From the human T2T-CHM13v2.0 reference genome, Homo sapiens: a DNA stretch of 64,000 nucleotides. The notes below the pieces were generated by a model. That model ran no database searches. It saw only the letters and a list, made by a program, of their open reading frames with translations, and was not told the DNA's origin. Below, piece by piece: positions 25,901-41,735 of this stretch (positions within the stretch are counted from its first letter, which is position 1; each line of letters begins with the position of its first letter). The position numbers were made by a program, and so were the translations under genes. The stretch lies in assembly GCF_009914755.1 (NCBI RefSeq), contig NC_060926.1; one strand, 5' to 3'.

Positions 25901-27547
25901 CTTCCTACTTCCATTATTTGAGTTGAGACCATGGCTAAGAGCAAAACAAAGCAATTAAAAGCTGACGATTTTTGTGAGACTCTTGGCTGGGAGCACTAGT
26001 TTAAACAAGATAGTGTGAAGCATGCAATCCTGGCTTTTTTTGTGTGCCTGGCATGTCGTAAATGTCTAAATGTGGATTCTGCAGAATCTCTGCATCCAGT
26101 GAGCCCTTGTGACTCCACATCTAGTTTTAAGGGAACAGAACTGGCTCTAGCAGGCTGATACTGGTGTAGCCAGGGTGGGAACAGGGATATTCTTGTGTGT
26201 CTGAGGACCACGTTCAGTCACACGGCTGCCCCGGTGCCCTTGGCAGAGTGCCTAAGATGGGGCCAGGAGGGGTGGAGCAGAGGCAGTGCCACTGGGAAAG
26301 CAGCCCTCCGTCTCCAAGGCACCTCCTCTGTGTTTCCTGCCTTCACAAAAGACACACAAGAAACCTAGTGGCTGATCACTGTCAGGAAGTAAGGGACACA
26401 GAATCTAGGGCTGTGGGAAAAGGGGACCGGGAGGCCGGGGGAGGCCCTCCCATTCTGAGCACAAGCCTTAGGAGAATGCAGAGGAAAGAATAGCAAAAGC
26501 TCCCTATGAGGCGAAACCCACTCTCTGCACCAAAAGGAAGAGACTCTGGTTTGCCATATAAAGTGCACACAATTCCCCTCTCTGACAGAAGACACGAGCA
26601 AAGGTGCTGGACTTCACAGGGCTTCAGCTGATCATTTCTAAAGTTCAATTTGCTGCTAGATCTTAAACCTGCTTTTCGTCAACCACTCAGCAGAGGTGGG
26701 GCAGAATTTTTTTCCCTCTATTTGCAAGTCTGTTTTAAATACTACATTTTAAATCATAACTCTCTTGAGAATAATATGGCAAATTTACTTTCTTTTAAGG
26801 CCCACCTTAAAATACATCAAATCACTGTGTTTTCCTCCGCTCTAGATTTTCTTCTCTTTCATTACATTGCCATAAAGAAATGCCTGCTTGTCTGTTGACC
26901 ACTGTACCTCCAGCACCTATGATATTATGCTGGGATAGGGCTGGAAATGCCCCTCTACATATGGTCTGCCTGCCATCAGCAAAAGAAGTTGTTGTGCTTT
27001 GACAGAGACACATTCTGTGAGGGCCTTATGTAAGCCTGATGACCATAAGCAAATTATTTGGAAGAGATTATTTAAATTGTACAGTGGCAGGAATTAAATA
27101 TTCAATTGCAATAAGTTTAACTGATTAAGATATTTACTTTGCAGATGATGTAATAACTGGAAAAGCATATCAGTGGGAAGGTGTCTGACATGTTTGGTTG
27201 AGAGAATATACTTGGAAAACATATGGAAATGATTGATTTTTTTTGCTAGCTCCCCCATAAAGTAGCTGCTTTGTGCCCACTGAAATGGAGCCATCGCACA
27301 AGGGCTATGATATGCATCGTGGGGGTGTCTCTGAAGAACTCAACCAGGGAGACCTGTCCTTGTTCGAGCTAGATGCATCCCACCAGGGTGTGCAGAGCCC
27401 ATAGCTGCGGGGCCCACCTTCTCATTCTTCTCAGACAGTGATGTGTGCCGTGCTGGGTGTTCTAGGTTGCTAACCATGCATCCCTTCAACAGGTCTGTGG
27501 GATGTCCAGGACATAGAGGTGGTGGGTAGCAGAGATAAAGTGTATTT

Positions 27548-27549
<2 letters not shown>

Positions 27550-27584
<35 letters not shown>
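27550..27584. repeat. (TG)17 microsatellite
   Basis: Direct reading. Confidence 0.95.
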
Positions 27585-27585
<1 letters not shown>

Positions 27586-27749
27586 ACATGTGTGTCCATG
27601 TTTTCCTGTGCTATGCAGTGGATTGGAGAGGCAGGACTCCTGGGTTAAATAAAGACAAGTCCGGCTTCAGTCATGCTATTTGGAAGGAATTTCAAAATAA
27701 GTGCCCAGCACATAGTGGGCTCTCAGAATTGTTCAATGAGTGATTACAA

Positions 27750-27933
27750 GGTCATGGTAATAACATTTGCAATCCAAAAGGAAACTCAGATATTATCTCT
27801 TATAAATAGGAAATGGAAGCCCAGAAAGGCTTAATGAATTGCCCAAGGCCATACAAAAAGTTAGTGGTGGCAGAGCCAGCCTAGAGCTTAATTCTCATGG
27901 CTGTTAGTGAGTGCCCATCTCCCTATGCCATAC
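27750..27933 (-). mobile_element. MIR
   Basis: AAATAGGAAATGGAAGCCCAGAAAGGCTTAATGAATTGCCCAAGGCCATACA. Confidence 0.7.
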
Positions 27934-28194
27934 CACCAAAGCTAGCCAATAAACAAAACAACCTTGAAGGCATTTTGAACCCACTTTCTGTGTCCCCATA
28001 TCATTTATCATCATTTATTAAAATTATGTACTGATCTCTTTCCTCCACTCAGTTGTGAGCTCCTTGAAATAGGAACGTAAATTAATTCATTTTTTCTTCC
28101 CTTGTGCCTAGACCCAGTGCCTTCCACGTAGAGGGCACTTAATAACATAGAAAATTCATATTTATTTTGAATTTGTCCTGACCATTCTTATAGC

Positions 28195-28412
28195 AATCTC
28201 ATATTAATAGTTGATGATAAAAACTATAATTGCCAAGGTCCCTATGCCACACCATCACAGCTAGCCAATAAACAAGAAAACACCTGTGAAGGCATTTTGA
28301 ACCCACTTTCTGTGTCCCCATACCATTTATCATCATTTATTAAAATTATATACTGATCTCTTTCCTCCACTCAATTGTGAGCTCCTTGAAATAGGAACTT
28401 GGATTAATTCAT
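28195..28412. repeat. Composite local duplication: inverted copy of 30588-30628 plus direct copy of 27920-28090
   Basis: CATATTAATAGTTGATGATAAAAACTATAATTGCCA is the exact reverse complement of 30588-30623; TCCCTATGCCA...ATTAATTCAT repeats 27920-28090. Confidence 0.92.
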
Positions 28413-29264
28413 GTTTTAATTCATCTCATGGCAAACCTATGGGGAGATCCAGAAGTCAAGGTCCAGCCAAGGAAATGGAAACCATTCTACATCTTTACAG
28501 GGGGTATTTAATAAAGGAAATTGGCTACACAGTATGAGAGAACTGGGAAGACAAACAGGGTGGTAAGGCACCTCTGAGATGATAGTAACAGGAGGCTGAA
28601 GATAAATTGGGAGAAGGTGGTGTTACTGGAGGTGTTTGATGGGAACTAGGGCGATGGAGGGAATGGATTTCCTGCAGGAACTGGAGTCATGGTGGAGATG
28701 GCCCAAAGCTGGAGATCCCACAAGAAGCAGAGAAATACCTCGGCTTTCCCCACCTGCCACCAATCCCTTGTCGGTAAAGGGAGAAGGGAAAGGGAGATGG
28801 CCTCTGACAGTGTGCTTGGCACACCACTTTCCCCTAACATAATGGAGATCTTTGAAGACCATCCACTTTCCTTTGTGCAAATTCAGCATTCACCAAGTAG
28901 TCCTCACACCTAAACCTTAGGTCTGCTTCCATGTAGTTAATCTCAACCAAAAGGATGAAGAAACTTTATTTTTAATAGTTAGTCAACTGATCCATAGGGG
29001 AGGAAAAAACACCAATCAAAGCCATTTAAGTTTGTTCAGCAGTTTCACTTCCTTTTCAGTAAATTACAAATGAGGGACCTAAAGCTTTTTTACCTGAGAC
29101 AACAAATAAAGCACATGACCCAGCACTCCTGTGGGAACCTAGGTGCCAACAAGAGAAGGTGGCCATGATGCTCCCCAGCAAGAGTCATGGAGTTGCTTAG
29201 ATTATTTTACAAGTTCCACATTGGGGTCATCTTTTACATCTACATTTTTCTCTCCCCTTTTCTT

Positions 29265-29573
29265 CCCCAAGAGACAGGATCTCACTCTGTTGCCCAGGCT
29301 GGAGTGCCGCAATGCTATCATAGTTCATTGCAGCCTCAAACTCCTGGGCTCAAACGATCGATCCTCCCACTTCAGACTCCTGAGCAGCTAGGACTAGAGG
29401 TGTTTGCTACCATGCCCAACGAAGTTTTTTTTTCTCGTAGAGATGAAATCTCACTATGTTTCCGAAGCTGGTTTTGAACTCCTGGCTTCAAGCAACCCTT
29501 CCACCTCAACCTTCCAAAGTGTTGGGATTATAGCTGTGAGCCACTGCACTTGGCTTCTATCTCCTTTTTTAAA
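29265..29573 (-). mobile_element. AluJ
   Basis: GAGACAGGATCTCACTCTGTTGCCCAGGCTGGAG...CTCCTGGGCTCAA...GAGCCACTGCACTTGGC. Confidence 0.92.
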
Positions 29574-30019
29574 GAAAAACATATAGAATAAATTTTGGAC
29601 CAGGAAAAGAAAAAAGGATATTCTGGGCTGGGATTAGGAAACAAGGTAAAGAAACAAAAGGAGAAAAAACTAAAGCTCTTTCTTGCTGAGCCCCTGCTAC
29701 TTGCTGTCTGCAGCAGTCCTGGCCTCATCTCTGAGAATGTGCTTCCAGAGAGAAACCCAGAAGGAACTCTCAGGTATGTGCATAAATTTGTTGATCTCAA
29801 CAGTTGCAGCTGATGGATATTGACATTTAGAAAAAACTGCATGCCAGATCAAATTGAGATTAAACCAGAGTAGCTCTGTGGGCCAAAGGTGCCCCTGCTC
29901 CCCAAGTCTGCCTGACAAACATATTATCAATGCATATTAGATGCTATCAGGGAATTATTGCTAGCACTCTTAGGCATGATATCAGGGAAGAAGAATTGGC
30001 CTAGTTTTAAGAAATGCAT

Positions 30020-30616
<597 letters not shown>

Positions 30617-30864
30617 TAATATGGGATTATTTTAATATAGAAATCCACATCTCTTGAGTTTGGTAAGTTTGACCTAATTAACTAGAGTCAAGGTGAGAGA
30701 AATAATTGGCTTTTCAAATCTGATCAGCTTGAATGATCAAACCCTTGGCTAGAGTTGGCCACGATGAAGCAGGTATTAAAACCCTCCAAAATATGGTGAC
30801 ATTCCAAGCACTCTAATACGAATGCCTAGTATACTGACTTCAATGGAGGGCAGTATTCTCAGTT

Positions 30865-31105
30865 ATTCATTCATTCATTCAGCCTGTGAGTACCTTGCTA
30901 CAAACCCTAGGATTGGGGAATAGGCAATATCTACTCTCAAGGAGCTTCCAGGCCACAGAAGAGATGAACATGGGAACAAATGTGGGCAGCACAGTGTGAT
31001 CAGAGCAATGATTCAAGAAAGCACAGGACAAGAGGAAAAACAAAGGAAGCAGTGGTCACTTCAACTGGCCATCAGTGAAGGGCCAGCAGGCAGGATTCAA
31101 AAAGG
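30865..31105 (-). mobile_element. L2 3' fragment
   Basis: ATTCATTCATTCATTCAGC...GAGTACC...CTACTCTCAAGGAGCTT. Confidence 0.6.
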
Positions 31106-31109
31106 GAGC

Positions 31110-31510
31110 ATATCAGTCAGGTCCTGGCAAGAAAGATATGGCACACTCAAGAGGCAGGAATGATAGGGAGATTAATGAAGAAATGACTTATAAAAATGTG
31201 GGCAAAGTTAAGGAAACGAACAACAGATGGTGAAGCTACCAACTGTGGGGACCGTCTACCACCCTGAGGCCTAAAAGGAGCCAGAGGAAGGAGTTTTAGC
31301 TTTTGGTAGAAGGATGCAGCCAGCCTGTAGGGATCCAATAGGGAGGGAGACAGGGGAGTAAACACCCTGACCCTGACTTCCCTCCCACCCTCTCCTCTCC
31401 CATAGATATCTCCCACTGGCTGAGCCCTATTTGAAGCCAGGAGACCAGAAAGCTCAGTTGATGCATCTCTAAGGTTCAGACTCCAGAGGCAGAGGGCAGG
31501 GCAAAGAAGG
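31110..31510 (-). mobile_element. Old MaLR/ERVL LTR
   Basis: TATCAGTCAGGTCCTGGCAAGAAA...CTCCCACTGGCTGAGCCC...GAAGCCAG. Confidence 0.5.
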
Positions 31511-31770
31511 TCAGTGTAAACAATATTATTAAGCAAAATACACAAGTTGGAGACGGGCCTTGAAATAGAAGTAGAAGAAAGGGGAGTCGTAGAGAGGTGG
31601 CCACTATAGGTGACCACTTTCCAGTGAAGGACATCCTAGAATAGTCTCGGTCACAACAAAGCAGGCTTGCATGTTCAGGAAATGTCAGGCTTCTAAGAAT
31701 GAGCTTTGAACTATTTTACCAGTAGAATAAAGAAATTGGGTGGCTTCCCTCCCTCATATAGAGTTGGTAG

Positions 31771-31772
<2 letters not shown>

Positions 31773-31826
<54 letters not shown>
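31773..31826. repeat. (TC)27 microsatellite
   Basis: Direct reading; produces the SLSLSL ORF. Confidence 0.95.
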
Positions 31827-31829
<3 letters not shown>

Positions 31830-32982
31830 TACTCTTCCCTAGGGTATGTTCTTTTTACCATTTTGTCATTCTTACATATGCAAAATAGATGGATTTTAAG
31901 TTCTTAGGGAACTGTGATTGGCACTAGTCCCTTAAAAGTTATTTTGACATGATGGTGTTGGTTTGATTATCATGTATATGAGCTTCATGTTCAGCTTCTT
32001 GAAGGCACTCCCCTGGAGTGCCTATAAACTTGGACTTCCCTTAGGATCGTAGAGAGTGCTCTGCATATTGTACATAATGAAAGCTGTTTAATTGATTCAT
32101 AGGCAGGGTAAGACTAGCAACCATGTTCTTAGATCAGAGAAACTTTGATAGCTCTTTTGAGAACTAGTTGTGATTAACTATAGTACTAGATTGAAAATTA
32201 ATTATAGTTATCTTAAATAGTGATTTCCAATCTGTATAAACACAAAAATCTCCCCCCAAGTGTAGAATATATTTACAGAGTTTACACACTAATAGGTTTA
32301 ATATTCACTAATTCAATAATGACAAAAAGTTGCTCTGAATTAATATATATTTATAATTTATCAACAAAAGCAACCATATTAATTCAAAGTGGTTGTATCT
32401 ATTATTCAGTAATTAATGCTTGGGGTCCATCTGGATCTTAGAACTCTTTGCTATAATTCTATAGTTAAGACTCCTCCAACTGTAGATGACAGTTATTTTG
32501 TTCAAATTACCATAGCAAAAAGGGAATTAATTAATTGATATCTGAGACATTCAAGAAGAGGCACTAGTTTTAAATAAGGCCCAGTCCAGGCATTCACATG
32601 ATGTCACCATGCCCTTCTCTCCCTCTCTCCAGCTCTTCACTGTGCTTTCTTCTCTGCTGGCTTCCTTCTGCAGCTAGTTTTCTCTAGTTAGTGGCAGAGA
32701 TGGCCACAGCAACTCCAAGGCTGTTCTGTCCTTACAGCCAGTGAACCAGGATAAGAGATCAACCCCTTTCTCACTTAACATCCATATTAGTCCCCCACTG
32801 TGTGTTGCTTTGGCTGTGGTTGAGTTAAATGCCCACCTCCAACCAAAATAGTATCCGGAGAGAAAGAAACTGGATTTGTCAACCAAGATAATGTGAGGAA
32901 AGGTGGGGCTGGATGGTTTAACTGGGGCTGGACAATAAAACAACAGGAAAAATTGCTGGGCAGATGAAAAATTAGCTGATGA

Positions 32983-33322
<340 letters not shown>

Positions 33323-33561
33323 CTATGGGTAATATTCCTTTTCTCCTTCTTGTATTCCTTTCTCTCTCATTCTTTCATACAGTTGTCTTACAATACCCAT
33401 ATATCAGGTATTGTAAGAAGAGTAACACACCAGTGAACTATAAAGCTTAGTAGTATTTTTTTAGTCCCTTCTTTTTTTTTATACTTGTTTGTAGGGATTC
33501 ATACCTTTCCTACATATACATTTATTCAATAACATTTGTTGAACAATTAAAATATGCCAAA

Positions 33562-36385
33562 TACATTGATTTTGTAACCTGAGACTTTGCTAAAGTTGCT
33601 TATCAGCTTAAGGAGATTTGGGGCTGAGATGGTGGGGTTTTCTAAATGTACAATCATGTCATCTCCAAACAGAGACAATTTGACTTCCTGTTTTCCTGTT
33701 CGAATACCCTTTATTTCTTTCTCTTGTCTGATTGCCCTGGCCAGCACTTCCAATTCTATGCTGAATAGGAGTGGTGAGAAAGGGCATCCTTGTCTTGTTC
33801 CGGTTTTCAAAGAGAATGCTTCCAGTTTTTGCCCATTCAGTATGATATTGGCTGTGGGTCTGTCATAAATAGCTCTTATTATTTTGAGATATGTTCCATC
33901 AATACCTAGTTTATTGAGAGTTTTTAGCATGAAGGGCTGCTGAATTTTGTCGAAGGGCTTTTCTGCATCTATTGAGATAATCATTTGGTTTTTGTCATTG
34001 GTTCTGTTCATATGATGGATTACGTTTATTGATTTGTGTATGTTGAACCAGCCTTGCATCCCAGGTATCAAGCTGACTTGATTGTGGTGGATAAGCTTTT
34101 TGATGTGCTGCTGGATTCGGTTTGCCAATATTTTATTGAAGATTTTTGCATCGATGTTCATCAAGGATGTTGGCCTGAAATTTTCTTTTTTTTGTTGTGT
34201 CTCTGTCAGGTTTGGTATCAGGATGATGCTGGCCTCATAAAATGAGTTAGGGAGGATTCCCTCTTTTTCTATTGTTTGGATTAGTTTCAGAAAAAATGGT
34301 ACCAGCTCTTCTTTGTACCTCTGGTAGAATTCGGCTGTGAATCCATCTGGTCCTGGACTTTTTTTGGGTTAGTAGGCTGTTCATTGCTGCCTCAATTTCA
34401 GAACTTGTTATTGGTCTATTGAGGGATTCGACTTCTTCCTGGTTTAGACTTGGGAGGGTGTATGTGTCCAGGAATTTATCCATTTCTTCTAGATTTTCTA
34501 GTTTATTTGCGTAGGAGGTACTTATAATATTCTCTGATGGTAGTTTGTATTTCTGTGGGATCAGTAGTGATCACACTGATCACCCTTTATCATTTTTTAT
34601 TGCATCTATTTGATTCTTCTCTCTTTTCTTCTTTATTAGTCTGGCTAGCAGTCTATTTTGTTGATCTTTTCAAAACCAGCTCCTGGATTCACTGATTTGT
34701 TGAAGGGTTTTTCGTGTCTCTGTCTCCTTCAGTTCTGCTAGGATCTTAGTTATTTCTCGTCTTCTGCTAGCTTTTGAATTTGTTTGCTCTTGCTTCTCTA
34801 GTTCTTTTAATTGTGATGTTAGGGTGTCAATTTTAGATCTTTCCTGCTGTCTCTTGTGGAATTTAGTGCCATAAATTTCCCTGTAAACACTGCTTTAAAT
34901 GTGTCCCAGAGATTCTGGTATGCTGTCTTTGTTCTCATTGGTTTCAAAGAACATCTTTATTTCTGCTTTCATTTTGTCATTTATCCAGTAATCATTCAGG
35001 AGCAGGTTGTTCAGTTTCCATGTAGTTGTGTGGTTTTGAGTGAGTTTCTTAATCCTGAGTTCTAATATGATTGCACTGTGGTCTGAGAGACTGTTTGTTA
35101 TGATTTCCATTCTTTTTCATTTGCTGAGGAGTGTTTTACTTCCAATTATGTGGTCAATTTTAGAATAAGTGCAATGAGGTGCTGAGAAGAATGTACATTC
35201 TATTGATTTGGGGTACAGAGTTCTGTAGATGTCTATTAGGTCCACTTGGTCCAGAGATGAGTTCAAGTCCTGAATATCCTTGTTAACTTTCTGTCTTGTT
35301 GATCTAATATTTACAGTGGGGTGTTAAAGTATCCCACTATTATTGTGTGGGAGTCTAAGTCTCTTTGTAGGTCTCTAAGAACTTGCTTTATGAATCTGGG
35401 TGTGCCTGTATTGGGTGCATATATGTGTAGGATAGCTCTTCTTTTTGCATTGATTCCTTTATCATTATGCAATGCCCTTCTTTGTCTATTTTGATCTTTT
35501 TGGTTTAAAGTCTGCTTTATCAGAGACTAGGATTGCAACTCCTGCTTTTTTTTTTTTTGCCTTCCATTTGATTGGTAAATATCCCTCCATCCGTTTATTT
35601 TGAGCTATGTGTGTCTTTGCATGTGAGATGGGTCTCCTGAATACAGCATACCAAGGGGTCATGACTCTCTATCCAATTTGCCAGTCTGTGTCTTTTAATT
35701 GGGGCATTTAGCCCATTTACATTTAAGGTTAATATTGTTATGTGTGAATTTGATCCTGTCATTATGATGCTAGCTGGTTATTTTGCCCATTAGTTGATGC
35801 AGTTTCTTCATAGTGTCGATGGTCTTTACAATTTGGTATGTTTTTGCAGTGGCTGGTACCGGTTGTTCCTTTCCATGTTTAGTGCTTCCTTCAGGAGCTC
35901 TTGTAAGGCAGGCCTGATGGTGACAAAATCTCTCAGCATTTGCTTGTCTATAAAGGATTTTATTTCTCCTTTGCTTATGAAGCTTAGTTTGGCTGGATAT
36001 GAAATTCTAGGTTGAAAATTCTTTTCTTTAAGAATGTTGAATATTGGCCGCCACTCTCTTCTGGCTTGTAGGGTTTCTGCAGACAGATCTGCTGTTAGTC
36101 TGATGGGCTTCCCTTTGTGGGGAAGCTGACCTTTCTCTCTGGCTTCCCTTAACATTTTTTCTTCATTTCAACCTTGGTGAATCTGACAATTATGTGTCTT
36201 GGGGTGGCTCTTCTCAAGGAGTAGCTTTGTGGTGTTCTCTGTATTTCCTGAATTTGAATGTTGGCCTGTCTTGCTAGGTTGGGGAAGTTCTCTTGGATAA
36301 TATCCGGAAGAGTGTATTCCAACTTGGTTCCATTCTCCCTGTCACTTTCAGGTACACCAATCAAATGTAGATTTGGTCTTTTCAC
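33562..36385 (-). mobile_element. L1PA (about PA7), inverted 5' segment: ORF1 C-terminal half through ORF2 EN/RT; defective
   Basis: [13 protein letters not shown] and GKPIRLTADLSAETLQARREW (ORF1p); [21 protein letters not shown]...GTRQGCP...LFGDDMIV (RT); stops and frameshifts. Confidence 0.96.
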
Positions 36386-38345
<1,960 letters not shown>

Positions 38346-39122
38346 TAAAAATGTCCAATAAAATGATGAATATGAATCCTAAATCTGAAATCTTTTTTTC
38401 ATTTTCCAAAATCTAAATTAGGAATTCTTTATTCTGAAACATGAATAGCATTGCATTCATTCAAAGTAAATTTTCATTTCTACAGTTATCTGTTGGTATT
38501 AGTGTTATTAAAGAAGAAATAATACAATGTTTTACCATAAGGAAAGCAAATAAAGTGAGCTGTATATTCATTTTTAGTAACTGTGACTTCTTAAAAACAT
38601 GCACAATCTCTTATAAAATATTTAAGAGACTTTTTAATCTTGAATAATTATATTGTATTTTTATCACGGTAATGAGAAGGTTTTAAAACAGGGATTTTTT
38701 TTACAATTATGATTACATGTTTTGCTTGTAAGTATGAGTTATAGTATTTGAATCTTAATGTCTTAGTGCATTTTTTGAATTTATAGAAAAGACTGTACTC
38801 TGTTGACCTTTTTAATATTCTGCTCTCTCATTGGCTACCTATCCTAAACCTTTCTTCCATATTAGTAGGAACTGTTTCAGGGGGAGGAGGAGTAGAAATG
38901 CCAGCCAGTCAGAAACCAGAATATTAAAAAGGGCAACATCATACAGTTTTCTGCTACAATTCATAAAGACATTAAACATCCAGTATTTCATCTCCAGACC
39001 AAGATTGTAATGAGAATGGAAGATGGCACAACATTAATTCATCTTCGTGACAAATATTGTAATGAGAAAGGAAGTATGCAAGCTACAAATATTTCATTAT
39101 CTTTTTAAAAATATCTAATATT

Positions 39123-39360
39123 GGCCGGGCGCAGTGGGTCACGCCTGTAGTCCCAGGACTTTGGGAGGCCGAGGCGGGCAGATCACAGGGTTAGGAGATC
39201 GAGACCATCCTGGCTAACATGGTGAAAACCCATCTCTACTAAAAATACAAAAAATTAGCTGGGTGTAGTGGTGGGCACCTGTAGTCCCAACTACTTGGGA
39301 GGCTGAGGCAGGAGCCTGGGCAACAGAGTGAGACTCTGTCTCAAAAAAAAAAAAAAAAAA
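39123..39360 (+). mobile_element. AluY-like with ~70-bp right-arm deletion; TSD ATCTAATAT
   Basis: GAGATCGAGACCATCCTGGCTAAC; GGCTGAGGCAGGAG is joined directly to CCTGGGCAACAGAGTGAGAC. Confidence 0.93.
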
Positions 39361-39859
39361 TCTAATATCTTTTATAATATAATGAGAGTAAATTTGTACT
39401 ACCTAAAGTTGAGTCCTCTCACTAAATACTTAGTGCCTTTTAAATTAATAGGACTCCTTTGGGAGTATTCTGAAATTAGTCTTAATCCCTAAGAGAGCTA
39501 CTAGTATGGCTAGGTTAAAATAAATATAAAAGACATTCATTATACAAATAAATAGAAATTTTATTTTGGCTAATATTTCACTGTCATTAAAGTATTTGAA
39601 CTAAACTAATTATAACTTTCTCATTTTAAATGGTTGCTTTGTTACTACCTTTATATCAGCATAACCACTAAATAAAGTAAAATTTCTTAGTGATTGATTC
39701 TTCCATGTGCATTATATGAACAATAAATACAGAAATAAGGGCTTATATATCAGACTTTGAGAGAATTCAGGCACTGAATCAATTCAAATCAGGTAGGAAG
39801 CTCCACATACATTCAATATAGTTTTGTGTGTTTTTTTTTTCTCTGTGTGCTTGTGTGTG

Positions 39860-40075
39860 GGAGAGAGAAAGAAATGAAAGGAAGGAGAGGGGAGGGGAGG
39901 AGAGGGGAGGGGAGGAGAGGGAAGGGGAGGAGAGGGGAGGGGAGGAGAGGGGAGGGGAGGAGAGGAGAGGAGAGGAGAGGAGAGGAGAGAAGAGGGAAGG
40001 AAGATAAATAAATAAAACAGAGAGAGAGAGAGAGAGAGAAAGAAAGAAAAAGATGGGAGGCAGGAGAAGAGAATC
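39860..40075. repeat. Polypurine (GGAGA/GGGGA)n and (GA)n tract
   Basis: GGAGAGGGGAGGGGA 15-mer repeats, then AGAGAG and GAAA runs. Confidence 0.9.
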
Positions 40076-40079
40076 AGAG

Positions 40080-40480
40080 TCCTGGTAGGATTCAGAATCC
40101 AGCTAAAGTGGTTTTACTGAAGGGACTGATTGCTGATTGCAGAAGTGTGAACCGGAGTCAGGAATCAGCGAGGTGGTTGCAGCCAGAGACTAGAAATAGT
40201 AGAAATTTATTATTACCCCTAGGCAGAAGGGCAAGGAGAGGAAATATTGTTACCAGAGCCCAGTAAGAGCTGTAGCGTGGAATGAGGCGCTATGGACAGG
40301 TTCAGTAGTAAAGCCATGGCCAAAGCAGGGAAAGAACAGGGAATAAATACCTCTCTTCCTGCCTCCCATTCATTGACTGAAGCCAGCTGTCAAAGAAGTC
40401 TGGGTGCATGAGGCACCAAGGTCCGGCTCCCTGGTTCAGAGCAGGAGAGAGAAGGGAAAGGAAGGGCAAGGATGCAAGTG
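40080..40480 (-). mobile_element. Old MaLR LTR (MLT1K/L-like)
   Basis: TTACCCCTAGG...CCTGCCTCCCATTCATTGACTGAAGCCAGC...CAGAGCAGG. Confidence 0.5.
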
Positions 40481-41425
40481 GACAATGAGCAACAGAAATG
40501 TTGAAGGGAGATTCTGAGGAGCTTTGCTAAGGTCTCTTAGAGTGAAAAGGAACGCGATGGAAGGAGGTAAGAATGACTGGAACAGAAAATGAAGATGGAA
40601 AAGGAGAGGATGAAGGAAAATGAAATAGGATATAACTCTCTGGGTCTGAATAGAATTTTGGGGAGGTTATTTCTCTTAGAATATTATTTGGAAACCTGCC
40701 TTAAATGATGTTAAAAAATAAAAACCTGCTAAACAACTGCATGGACCATCTCCTTGCACATTCATTTTGAAATGGGAGATGATGCTGACAGGTCGTGAAC
40801 ATCTATCTTTGGAGTTTTGTTGTCATGTTTCCCTCCCCCCTTCCCTCCCTCTCAGCATTAAAAAATATACCCTATAAAATATGCCACTCCAAGTTCTGCA
40901 ATATTCAACCAAATCTTGGTACAGTGATGCCAACTAGACTATTGAGTGACTTGTTAACAAGAATGTAATCACTGCCTGCCTCTTTGCCATAGCTTATTTA
41001 CTACTAACAAATATCATCTTGTGATGCTAGACAGTGCCTTTCACCCACTGGATCCTGGAGCGCTTTATGAACTAGGAATGCATGAGTAGCTGAAATAGAG
41101 CTCTCTCAAGGGTAGAATAAGACAGCTGTTAGCCTTGCAAAAATGTTGCACAACAGCCTGAGTGGAAACCAGGGAAGGGTTCTAATCTAATTGAAACTGC
41201 AAGAAGAATTTAAGTTGATGGACTAATTGCTGAGGCTGGCATTTATTCAAAAAACCAGGGCTTATTCTTTTCAGACAGTGAGTGACACAGCAACTTAGTT
41301 CCATTTAACAGATCCTGTTGCTTCCATTTAAGAGATGAGGAAACTGAAGTTCATGAGCACAAACTGTGTTTGAGAGAACTAGACTACAATGCAGGTCCTT
41401 TGAGATTTTGGTTGCTATTTATCTT

Positions 41426-41735
41426 TGAGTCACATGGTAAATAGGAGTATCAGCTGCAAAACAACGACTTAGTACCAATGTGAGAGAAAGAACACACCCA
41501 TGGTATGCACATTTTTGCAGAAATTGGGCTACTCTGGGAAGGTCGCCATGCAATCCTGACTCAACTTGACCCTGCATAGTTTATAAAGTCAGTCAAGTTC
41601 CAAGAGCTGGAGGTGATATAAATGCAAAACACTCATGCCTTTAAGAAACAGCAGATCATGAGTCAATGAAACTTTAAACTGATTAGTTTGCAGCGGGTTC
41701 CTCTTGCCTAACACTTCTTTCATGCTGGAATGTCA
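41426..41735. promoter_or_regulatory. Candidate AP-1/TEAD enhancer (three TGA(G/C)TCA sites in 240 bp)
   Basis: TGAGTCA at 41426, TGACTCA at 41557, TGAGTCA at 41659, GGAATG at ~41727; unique sequence; motif evidence only. Confidence 0.4.

Noticed and set aside
39004-39074. 19-bp direct repeat ATTGTAATGAGAA(T/A)GGAAG with a spacer; a similar pair at ~42609-42666
   Set aside because: Only two copies in a primate genome with no cas genes; an ordinary small duplication, not a CRISPR-like array.
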